From positions 1 to 64,000 of the IMG/VR virus record IMGVR_UViG_3300042691_036566: 64,000 bases of DNA; one strand, given 5' to 3'. Made by a program: the position numbers and the translations under genes. Source of the DNA: an uncultured virus (IMG/VR IMGVR_UViG_3300042691_036566). Its lineage: Duplodnaviria; Heunggongvirae; Uroviricota; Caudoviricetes. The notes beneath the pieces were generated by a model. It worked only from the letters and a program-made list of their open reading frames with translations, did not search any database and was not told the DNA's origin. Numbering within the stretch: the first letter of the stretch is position 1; each line of letters opens with the position of its first letter. This document shows positions 30,349 to 39,176 of the stretch, one piece after another.

Positions 30349-32370
30349 GTGAATATATTTAAATTCAAGAAATGGCTATTAGAAGAAAAAGAAGAATCTA
30401 ATTCTTCTAAAAGAAATTTCTTTGTCTTAATAGGACCGCCAGCTGTAGGAAAATCTAGCTGGATAGAGAACAATGTTAAGGACAATAGAATTATTATATC
30501 TAAAGATGAAATAATAGAGGATGTTATATTTCCAAAATATAATCTAGCAAACAAGGATATTTTTAAGGTTCCAACACAAGATCTTGAAGTTGGTGAAGAG
30601 CATCCAGAAAAAAAGAAACTTGGAAGATTAACAAAATATACAAGATTCAGTAAGAGTAAGGGAAAGGAAGTAGAAGAATTAGCGTTTGAAAACGCTCATG
30701 CTGCTGGTGAAGAATTAAATGCCATATATGATTCAGAATTAAAAAATGCTATTTCTTCTGATGTAAAAAATATTGTAGTAGATGCAATACATATGACTAG
30801 AAGCAATAGAAAAACTACAATTGATTATATATCTGGCAGGGACGATTTTAATATAATTGGTGTTGTATTTCCTTTTAAGGGATATGAAAAACAAATTTTA
30901 AGATCAGCGGAATTAAGAGCAAAAGACTTCCTAGAAAGATACGGTCCAGAATTTGATAGGGGAGTATCTAAATCAGATTACGAAGAAATATATAAAAACT
31001 TTGAAGAACCTTCTAAATCAGAAGGTTTTGATCGATTAATAACATCTAACAGGTTTAAAAAAACAGATAGGGAGATAGGAATTTCTGATGAAACATTCAA
31101 TGAGATGTTAGTCAGAAATACTAAAAATTTATTAGGGGAAGCCACTTTAAGTAATTATTGGAAAATAAGAGCAGATTCAAGATCTAAACACGCGAAAAGA
31201 AAACCAGGAAACAAGCTAGATCTTGAATGGGCACAACTACAACAGGAAAAGTCCAGAAGTATGAATGCAAAGATACATAAAATCTTTGAAAAAGAACTAC
31301 AAGGCACAGAGGAGTTATCAGAGGAGATTTCTGAATTTTTAGAGAAAGTCAAGAAAAAGAGATTAGCTCTAAAGAAAAAAATGCAAGAAAAAAAATTAGC
31401 AAAATTAAAATCTCCAAAAAATTTAAGTAAAAAAAAGTCCTTGCCAAATCCATATAAAGATGCTAAAATAACCTCTAAATATCCGTACAGTAAAGATAGA
31501 ACTGGTGGCGTAGCTAAAGTTTATAGAAAAAGAAGTAAACAAGCTGGCGGCGCGACAATTGCACCGGGCGAATCATTTGGTCCAATTGGAGAAAACCAAT
31601 CTAATCCACTATTTGATTCATTATCGGATATACAAAAAGAAAATTTTTTTAAACTAATTGGCGATGTAGAAGAATATGATATTTTAAAGCTTGGGCAAAG
31701 AAAAAGAACTAAAAATATTCTTAAATATTTTAATTTAAGTTTACAAGATGCCGTTGAGTTAGTAAAAAAATGCCCTGTGTTAAGTAAGCCAATTCAAGAG
31801 TTGTTAACAGCTGGAACAAAAGGTTTTATCTACCTACTAGATAATGGGCATATATTAAAACTATATCAGGATGACTATTCTGGCGGTGGTGATATGTATT
31901 GGTATAAGGGAACAAAAGCAAGAATGTTCTCAAGTGCTGGTAATATTACAGATCTTCCAATATATGACGAGGGTGAAATAAAACTTGATGCTGGAGAGCA
32001 AGTAAATTATGTAGAAATGGCTAGAGTAATTCCATTATCAGATTTTATGGAAGAAACTAGAAGATCTGCAGATGATGCTGAATCTGACTATGAATTGTGT
32101 AAGGATATGATGATAGAAATAGAGCAGAAATATAGTAAAAAGTTTTTTCTTTTTAGCCAAGAAAAGATCGCTTCTATATTTAAAGATTTTATGCAAAAAA
32201 AGAAAATGTATCCAAGTGCTTTAACAAAAAATGAATTTGTGAGTTTAGCAAAGACAATTTATTTGTTTATAAAAACTGGAAATTATTTACATGATTCTCA
32301 TGTAGGAAATATTGGTATACTTCCACAAAGTAATCCATCAAATCCTGTATTTGTAATATTTGATAATTGA
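30349..32370 (+). CDS. Fusion of N-terminal P-loop kinase, basic linker and C-terminal protein-kinase-like (APH/PKL) domain
   Basis: LIGPPAVGKSS/IVVDA (paralog of 28332); C-terminal AGTKGFIY..ILKL..YVEM..LHDSHVGNIG..VIFD. Confidence 0.65.
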   Translation: MNIFKFKKWLLEEKEESNSSKRNFFVLIGPPAVGKSSWIENNVKDNRIIISKDEIIEDVIFPKYNLANKDIFKVPTQDLEVGEEHPEKKKLGRLTKYTRFSKSKGKEVEELAFENAHAAGEELNAIYDSELKNAISSDVKNIVVDAIHMTRSNRKTTIDYISGRDDFNIIGVVFPFKGYEKQILRSAELRAKDFLERYGPEFDRGVSKSDYEEIYKNFEEPSKSEGFDRLITSNRFKKTDREIGISDETFNEMLVRNTKNLLGEATLSNYWKIRADSRSKHAKRKPGNKLDLEWAQLQQEKSRSMNAKIHKIFEKELQGTEELSEEISEFLEKVKKKRLALKKKMQEKKLAKLKSPKNLSKKKSLPNPYKDAKITSKYPYSKDRTGGVAKVYRKRSKQAGGATIAPGESFGPIGENQSNPLFDSLSDIQKENFFKLIGDVEEYDILKLGQRKRTKNILKYFNLSLQDAVELVKKCPVLSKPIQELLTAGTKGFIYLLDNGHILKLYQDDYSGGGDMYWYKGTKARMFSSAGNITDLPIYDEGEIKLDAGEQVNYVEMARVIPLSDFMEETRRSADDAESDYELCKDMMIEIEQKYSKKFFLFSQEKIASIFKDFMQKKKMYPSALTKNEFVSLAKTIYLFIKTGNYLHDSHVGNIGILPQSNPSNPVFVIFDN

Positions 32371-32379
32371 GGAAAAAAT

Positions 32380-32712
32380 ATGAAAATAACCAAAGAATCT
32401 TTAAAAAAGATTATATCTGAAGAAATACAAGAATGTATGGCAGATATGGGAATGTTAAGTGGAGATATGCCATTCACTGGAGGTGGTGTAGTAAAACTAA
32501 AATTAGGAGACTCCGATAAAGAAAGCTACGACTCAGATGGTCGTATGGCTAGAAGTAATGTTTATAACTTAATGAAACACGCCTCAATGCTATCTAAGTT
32601 AGTAAATGATGAAGATGATTTAGAACCTTGGGTTCAAGAGAAAATTGCAGTTGCTACAGAAGCTATAGAGACAGTGGCAGAATATTTAGAATACGAAAAA
32701 ACAAGAGGATAG
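32380..32712 (+). CDS. Hypothetical protein with MKITKESLKKIISEE leader
   Basis: Leader; GRMARS...DLEPWVQEKI...YLEY. Confidence 0.6.
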   Translation: MKITKESLKKIISEEIQECMADMGMLSGDMPFTGGGVVKLKLGDSDKESYDSDGRMARSNVYNLMKHASMLSKLVNDEDDLEPWVQEKIAVATEAIETVAEYLEYEKTRG

Positions 32713-32713
32713 A

Positions 32714-33223
32714 ATGATTAAAATTACCCTAACGGAAAGACGAGAATATTATAATAAATTATCGGTATTTGATTTCGATGGAACTTTATTTAGAAGTCCA
32801 AATAAACCGCAGGGTTATAAAAGAAATTGGTGGGGAGAACTAATATCATTATCTCCTCCTTCTGTACCATTAAAAGGTAATGGATTTTGGATAGATTCCA
32901 CTGTTGATGCCGCAAAAAAAGAATTATCTGACAGAAAAACATTTTGTATCATGCTTACTGGAAGAGTAGATTCTGTTTTTGATGAAAGAATTAGGGATCT
33001 GATAAAATTTAAAGGTCTTAATTTTGATTTTGTTAAATTGAATCCTATGGGTATGGATACAGGAGATTTTAAGACAGAAGAAATAAGAAAAATTTTAAGA
33101 AAACATCCAACAATTAAAAAAATTGAGATGTGGGATGACGAACAGAAAAAGATCGATCTATATACTGATAAATTTTCCTCTCATTATGAATTTATTGCGA
33201 ATAAACTTCCAGATAGAGAGTGA
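32714..33223 (+). CDS. HAD-family phosphatase (RNA-repair-type HAD)
   Basis: VFDFDGTLF, MLTGR, K, EMWDD. Confidence 0.8.
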   Translation: MIKITLTERREYYNKLSVFDFDGTLFRSPNKPQGYKRNWWGELISLSPPSVPLKGNGFWIDSTVDAAKKELSDRKTFCIMLTGRVDSVFDERIRDLIKFKGLNFDFVKLNPMGMDTGDFKTEEIRKILRKHPTIKKIEMWDDEQKKIDLYTDKFSSHYEFIANKLPDRE

Positions 33224-33288
33224 AAAAAGTGCTTTACCCCGCGATTTTTCCGTGGTATAAATACACAGTCAGCAGGAGCCGATAATAT

Positions 33289-33561
33289 ATGTCATTATTT
33301 AAAATTTTAAAAAAAGGTTTAGAGTCAGGAAAATATGATGTAGAACAGGCAAGAGATAAATATGAAGATATGATGGATCTCTTGGATGAAGATGAGCAAG
33401 AAAAAATAGAAGATCTACTAGCCGAGTTCGAAGAAGATAAATTTTATTGGAATGAAGCACAGAAAGATTATTATCGCAAAGATGATGATATAGTAGACGA
33501 TGAAGACTTACTTGAAGAAGCTCTTATAGATGATGAGTTTGAAGATGACCTAGACGATTAG
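33289..33561 (+). CDS. Very acidic small protein (possible nucleic-acid mimic)
   Basis: D/E-dominated 90 aa ORF behind its own promoter. Confidence 0.5.
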   Translation: MSLFKILKKGLESGKYDVEQARDKYEDMMDLLDEDEQEKIEDLLAEFEEDKFYWNEAQKDYYRKDDDIVDDEDLLEEALIDDEFEDDLDD

Positions 33562-33607
33562 TGTCCTTCCACTCTCAGTAAAAAAACATCGACAGTATTT
33601 TTTGCCC

Positions 33608-33636
33608 TTGACGGCGCTATTTTAGCGTGGTATTAT
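33608..33636 (+). promoter_or_regulatory. sigma70-like promoter
   Basis: TTGACG-N17-TATTAT with extended TG. Confidence 0.7.
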
Positions 33637-33642
33637 GTCTCT

Positions 33643-33978
33643 ATGATTGAGAGCTACCCCGCCAAAATGAATCAGCCTCCTGCTATTTTAGTGTCTGGAG
33701 GTAAAACTTACGCCGTTGGAGGAAATTGGGTCGAGATTCCAAACGGTACAACCCGTGAAAATTTGCATCTTTATGCAATTTATGAAAGACCCGAATTACC
33801 GAAACCAATGCAAAAATATTCCGTTAAATCTTCTAATGGAAAATCAAAATATATTGTCGAGGTATGGAATGATAAAAAAATTACTTGTGATTGTAGCGGA
33901 TATCGTTTCCGCAATAAATGCAAACATGCTTCTGCTGTGCAGAAAGCTGTTTTTAACCGCCCCAAAGGCAAAGGATGA
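33643..33978 (+). CDS. SWIM zinc-finger protein (probably leaderless mRNA)
   Basis: CDCSGYRFRNKCKH (CxC...CxH); ATG 7 nt after the -10 element. Confidence 0.75.
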   Translation: MIESYPAKMNQPPAILVSGGKTYAVGGNWVEIPNGTTRENLHLYAIYERPELPKPMQKYSVKSSNGKSKYIVEVWNDKKITCDCSGYRFRNKCKHASAVQKAVFNRPKGKG

Positions 33979-33982
33979 TAAT

Positions 33983-35545
33983 ATGTCAGTACGCAACACT
34001 AACACCAACACCCGTTCTAACAACCGTTCTTCAGATCGCTCTTCAAGCCGCCCAACTTCAACACGTACTCAAAAGCGTCAGGTTGAAGTTTTTGATCCAT
34101 CTGAATATGATGGTGGTGTTTACAAGAGCGAGCGCAAACTAAAGCGCATTGGTATGGGTATTCGTCGTGGCGACACCCGACACGGTGACTACAGCAATGT
34201 AGTTCTTTGGAAGCCAACAGATGCGGACGGCCCTTCTCGTCGTTTTGTAATGACACTATCAGAAGCCCGTGCATTCAAGGCGTTCCTTGACCGCGAACTA
34301 GAAGTCCGCGCTCGTTAAAAATAGAATATAATTATGGGCAGCATATCAAAAGATATGCTGCCCTTTTTATTGGAGGCGATATGAATAAAATCTGGCTAGT
34401 AACTTCCCGAAAAAGAGATGGCTATTTTGCTGAAAGAGTGAAAATATATGGTACTCTAGATCAAGCTAAATTTGTTGGTGAGCTTATGCTACATTCTAAC
34501 TCTATTAAATATGAGATCTATGAAGATGGGAAAGAATATATGGGAGATTTTAGAAATAAACCAATATATGTTTGCGAGGGAACAAATGAAATTTAGAGGA
34601 GAGAGAATGTATAAACTCTCTGAAATGCAGAGAGGGAGAATGTATGTAGTTGTGCATGAAGAATTTGTAGACTATCATTCTCGTACTCCAAAAGAGCAAG
34701 CTTATGCTTTCGTATTTCTTGATAGCGTTATTCATGACAAAGAAGTATTAAACAATAAAAAGTTTCAAGAAATTACATATGTGTGTGATCTTATAAATGC
34801 ACCAGAGGGTGAGTCAGAGTTTAAATTATATGAAACAATTGATCAAGTTTCAATAGATGAAGAAAAAACTGGATTATATAGTCTTGTGCAAATCTAACAA
34901 AGGAGTCCCATGGGATTATCATCAAGAAAGCCTGAAGGTGGAATTAGATTTTGGTTAGATCCAAGAAAAAGAGATCCTAGTACCCCAGTACCAGTGTGGG
35001 AGGGGGTCTATAACGGAACTCCAAATTATATGGATATTGCTCTATATGGTATGATGTCCATGTCTAAACAAAATATAAAAAGTCAAATGCAACTTCAAAA
35101 GCATCTAACTTTTACAGAAGTATTACAAGTTAATAGGATAAATACAAACAGTTTTACTCCATGCCTTCCACACAACAAACTTAGGTCTGATAGAATTTAT
35201 TTTGTAAATTCTGGTGAAATTGGCTATGTTATAGGTTATACTAAATTTGATGAGTTAGATACATATCGACCAGCTGAAGAGCAGCAAAAATATAATGCAG
35301 CATTAATTCAGTTCGAAGATCTAAAGTGGGAACCAAATTATTATAATCCAAACTCAAATGTAAAAATTAAATATCACAGACCACAGTATAAAATTTTAAC
35401 AATGTATGATGAAAATTTTATTCTAGCGAAAGAATGTGAAATGTTAAGTATAGACGAATTGGAAGAATATATGAAAAATTGGGAATCAAATTATGATGGG
35501 GAATTACTCGACGCTCCAGAACAGAGCGGAGTTCTAAAACAGTAG
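33983..35545 (+). CDS. Four hypothetical ORFs (33983-34318, 34381-34596, ~34586-34897, 34910-35545)
   Basis: RBS-preceded ORFs; terminator hairpin GGGCAGCATATC...GATATGCTGCCC-TTTT at 34336-34368. Confidence 0.55.
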
Positions 35546-35677
35546 TTATATCGAGATGATTAATTCATCTGCTAGATAACAAACTACAGCAGTAGAGTAA
35601 AGAAGTTCCAAGATCAAAACAAATAGATTCTAACTAAAATAGTTAAATGACTAATCTGAATTCAACCGAGATGTGTT

Positions 35678-35707
35678 ATTATATCACAGAATAATGTTCC
35701 GCGTCAA
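35678..35707 (-). promoter_or_regulatory. Minus-strand sigma70-like promoter
   Basis: Reverse complement TTGACG-N18-TATAAT with extended TG. Confidence 0.55.
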
Positions 35708-35745
35708 GGGCCGTAAATTATTAAAAACATTAAAAATAAAATCTT

Positions 35746-35925
35746 TACTCTAGCCGTAGTGTTTTTGTGTGCTAGATTTCACACACCGATCTATGGTAAT
35801 ATCGCGGACGGGGCGTGTAGTCGCAAACCAGCCGCCGTTTATTCTATTAGAATAAACCAGCCGCCGCTACTCTATTTGTAGTGTTTTTTTGTTGGTTGAC
35901 TTCACAACCCCTCCCGTGGTACTCT
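35746..35925 (+). promoter_or_regulatory. Two tandem TACTCTA-class promoters
   Basis: TACTCTA at 35746 and 35868, T-tracts, -35 elements at 35773 and 35896. Confidence 0.6.
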
Positions 35926-35975
35926 AGGGCATCTGTTTGGCGCTACAGTAGCACCATTTTTGATTTGAGGTAGAT

Positions 35976-36563
35976 ATGCATCGTCGTTGTGGATATTGTC
36001 GAGTAGCTGGACACAATAGGCAAACGTGTCCACATATTAGTAAAACTATTCCTACTGGAACGGAGAATAACTTTTCTCCATCAGGTAAGCGTTCTGCTTC
36101 ATGTAGTTATTGTCGTCGTTATGAGTTTAAGGTTGATCGCACTCACACCCGTTCAACCTGCCCTATTCGTAAAACGGCAAGAGAAAACTGGATCGAGGAT
36201 AACAGCAGCTGGGCATATAAATTTAAAGAAGATATGAAGCAAGCTGGTCTTGGTATTGGTGCGCTTGTGCAATATGGTGGTGAAGATAATGTCTATGAGA
36301 TTGTTGATATTAATTTCAACGATCTGTCAAAAGATAGTTTGTATGGATTTGGTGGTAAATCAATTACAGCAGCAGATGATCGCTGGGTGATGATTTCGTG
36401 GATTCCACCGCCTACTTCTGGGACTTGGGGATGCAAGGTTCTTTCTCCTATCGCCCCAGAAATAGTTGATCGTCAGTTTCCAAAAGATTGGGGTTACGGC
36501 ACATATGGTGTTCCCCGAGTCTTGGAAGATACGAAGCGCAATAAACGTAAGTCGCGCAGATAG
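35976..36563 (+). CDS. Zinc-knuckle protein
   Basis: CGYCRVAGHNRQTCP and CSYC...HTRSTCP. Confidence 0.7.
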   Translation: MHRRCGYCRVAGHNRQTCPHISKTIPTGTENNFSPSGKRSASCSYCRRYEFKVDRTHTRSTCPIRKTARENWIEDNSSWAYKFKEDMKQAGLGIGALVQYGGEDNVYEIVDINFNDLSKDSLYGFGGKSITAADDRWVMISWIPPPTSGTWGCKVLSPIAPEIVDRQFPKDWGYGTYGVPRVLEDTKRNKRKSRR

Positions 36564-36565
36564 TT

Positions 36566-36715
36566 TACTCTATCGGTGTTGTTTTTTTGTTGTGGACTTC
36601 ACAAGCGGGCCGTGGTAATATAGGCGCTGTTCGGTTGCGAGAAAAACAGGCGGATTTTTTACTCTATGGCTGCTGTTTTTTTGTGCTGGACACGCGCCAT
36701 GCCGCGTGCTATAAT
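36566..36715 (+). promoter_or_regulatory. Two tandem TACTCTA-class promoters
   Basis: TACTCTA 36566/36660; TGGACT-N17-TAATAT and TGGACA-N17-TATAAT. Confidence 0.65.
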
Positions 36716-36790
36716 GTCTGCTCTGTTTCGGTGGGAAATGGGTTCCCATTGATTCTTTAACGTAAGTAAAAAAGGAAAAGGTAATACAAG

Positions 36791-37867
36791 ATGGCTATTG
36801 ATTTTAAGTCCTTCCTCAAGGTTGTCCCTTTCGTAACGGATATTCGCAAGCCTGTTCTGCTCCGTGGTCGTCACGGTATTGGTAAGTCTGAACTGGTTTA
36901 TCAGTATGCTTTGATGCGTAATATGTCTGTTGTCGAGCGTCGTGCTTCTCAAATGACCGAAGGTGATCTTATGGGTCTGCCTTCTATTGAGGGTAATTCG
37001 ACGCGATGGAACGCGCCGGATTGGCTCAAGGAGGCTTGTGATAATGGCGTTGTCCTGTTTCTGGACGAGGTTGATCGTGCAACGCAGGAAGTCCGTCAGG
37101 GTATCTTCGAACTGACTGACTCCCGTAAGCTGAACGGTTGGCATCTGCACCGCAATACTTTGATCTTTGCTGCCGTTAACGGTGGTGAGCATGGTTCACA
37201 GTATCAGGTTGGCGAGATGGACCCTGCTGAGTTGGATCGTTGGACGGTGTTCGACGTTGAGCCTTCTATCGAGGATTGGCTTGATCATGCTAAGGGTAAG
37301 GTTCTCCCTATCGTTTGGGACTTTATCAACCAGGATCGCGCTCACCTTGAGTTCAAGGGTGAATATGAGCCTAACAAGGTTTTTCCTTCACGACGTTCGT
37401 GGTTCCGTCTAAACGATTGCCTTGCAACTGGTAAGCTGCTTGAGGGTTCTTCTAAGGACTTCAAGCACAATCTCGGTACGGTGTTTGAGTTGGCTACTGC
37501 GTTCGTTGGTTTCGAGGCAGCGGTTAAGTTCCGCGACTTTGCCGAGAAGTACGAATCGCAGGTCACTGTTGACGATATCATGAATGGTCGCCATGATGCT
37601 ATGGAGACTTGGGGTATCAATGATCACGTTTCAATGATCGACAAGGTTATTGCAAGCGAAGTTCTCAAGAAGCCGCTTGATGCAAAGACGATCAAGCATC
37701 TTGCTGATTGGGGTCGCCGTATGCCCGGTGAGGCTCTTATGAAGCTGTGGAAGTCAGTTGGTCCGCAGAACATTAAGAACGCCGTTAACCTGCATAACGC
37801 TCTTGGCAACCACATTGTTGAAATCATGACTGGTGGTAATGCAGAGAAGGCTCCTGAGAAGAAGTAA
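36791..37867 (+). CDS. MoxR-like AAA+ ATPase
   Basis: GRHGIGKS, GDLMGLP, LFLDEVDRA, AAVN, DPAELDRW, PSRRSW. Confidence 0.9.
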   Translation: MAIDFKSFLKVVPFVTDIRKPVLLRGRHGIGKSELVYQYALMRNMSVVERRASQMTEGDLMGLPSIEGNSTRWNAPDWLKEACDNGVVLFLDEVDRATQEVRQGIFELTDSRKLNGWHLHRNTLIFAAVNGGEHGSQYQVGEMDPAELDRWTVFDVEPSIEDWLDHAKGKVLPIVWDFINQDRAHLEFKGEYEPNKVFPSRRSWFRLNDCLATGKLLEGSSKDFKHNLGTVFELATAFVGFEAAVKFRDFAEKYESQVTVDDIMNGRHDAMETWGINDHVSMIDKVIASEVLKKPLDAKTIKHLADWGRRMPGEALMKLWKSVGPQNIKNAVNLHNALGNHIVEIMTGGNAEKAPEKK

Positions 37868-37944
37868 TTAGGTTGGATTGGGCAACTGGTTTTCGCCAGT
37901 TGCCCTTTCCTATATATGGACAAACAAAAAACCGTGAGGTAGAA

Positions 37945-39114
37945 ATGTCAGAAGAAAATACTGTTATTCAGAAGCCTGCATTTGATCTTAATATCATGCT
38001 CTATCATTTGCTCAAGGAGGAGCCTTTCTTTGCCGCTTTGTCTCGACACGTTGACAAGCGTGAAGATAAATCATGTCCTACTGCTGGTGTTCGCGTAACA
38101 GAAGAAGGTCGTTATGAGATGGTATATAATAACAACTTTTTTAGTGAGTTGACCGAGCAACAGCAAAAGGGTGTTCTGATGCATGAGTTCTATCATCTGC
38201 TTCTGGAACACGTTACAACTCGTAAGCCCGAAGACAAGGAGCTTTTTCGACGTTGGAATGTTGCTGCAGATCTTGCAATTAATTCTCACATTCCCCGCGA
38301 TATGTTGCCTGAAAAGGGTTGTATTCCTGGTGAGGGACCGTTTGAGAAGTATCCTAGCAAGCAAGTTGCCGAGTATTATTTTGCTCGCCTAAACGAGGAA
38401 GATAATGATGATGGCAACGAGATGGATGATCATTCTGGTTGGGATGGTGAAGGCAGTCCTTTGCCTGATGAAATTAAGGAGATTGCAAAGCAGCGTCTAA
38501 AGGAAATGATGAAGCAAGCTGCTGAAGATACTGCAAAGCGTGGAAGTAGTTGGGGTACGGTATCTGAAGATATGCGTAAGGATATTATGAAGCGGATCAA
38601 GGGCAAGGTTAATTGGCGTGCCGTTCTCCGTTACTTCATTAAGACCTCTCGCCGTTCCGACAAGAATTCAACGGTTAAGCGCCTCAACAAGCGTTATCCG
38701 ATGATTCATCCCGGCAAGAAGGTTCGTCGTCATGCAAACATCGCTATTTCAATCGACCAGTCTGGTTCGGTTAGTGATGAACTACTGACCAAGTTCTTTA
38801 CTGAACTTAACGAACTTTCTGATCTTGCGTCGTTCACGGTTATTCCGTTCGACTTTGATGTTGCACCAGATAAGATCTATGTCTGGAAGAAGGGTCAAAA
38901 TCGCAAGGTTGAGCGTGTGCTTTGCGGTGGTACTAACTTTGATGCACCTACAAAGTATGTTAACGAGCATAACTTTGATGGTCATATCATCCTAACTGAC
39001 ATGGAGGCACCGAAGCCCGGACCTTCCAAGTGTCAGCGAATGTGGATGACCGATGATGCTGGTGCTAATAATCCGTATTTCAGCACGACTGAACGGGTTA
39101 TCAGCGTTGACTAA
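37945..39114 (+). CDS. Metallopeptidase-like plus vWA-domain protein (MoxR partner)
   Basis: HEFYH (HExxH), NVAADLAIN, MIDAS IDQSGSV, GGTNF, ILTD. Confidence 0.85.
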   Translation: MSEENTVIQKPAFDLNIMLYHLLKEEPFFAALSRHVDKREDKSCPTAGVRVTEEGRYEMVYNNNFFSELTEQQQKGVLMHEFYHLLLEHVTTRKPEDKELFRRWNVAADLAINSHIPRDMLPEKGCIPGEGPFEKYPSKQVAEYYFARLNEEDNDDGNEMDDHSGWDGEGSPLPDEIKEIAKQRLKEMMKQAAEDTAKRGSSWGTVSEDMRKDIMKRIKGKVNWRAVLRYFIKTSRRSDKNSTVKRLNKRYPMIHPGKKVRRHANIAISIDQSGSVSDELLTKFFTELNELSDLASFTVIPFDFDVAPDKIYVWKKGQNRKVERVLCGGTNFDAPTKYVNEHNFDGHIILTDMEAPKPGPSKCQRMWMTDDAGANNPYFSTTERVISVD

Positions 39115-39176
39115 AATATTTGCGTGCGGTTGGTAGTCTTTTTGTGGCTACCAGCCGCCGCAAATGTTTTTGGAGC

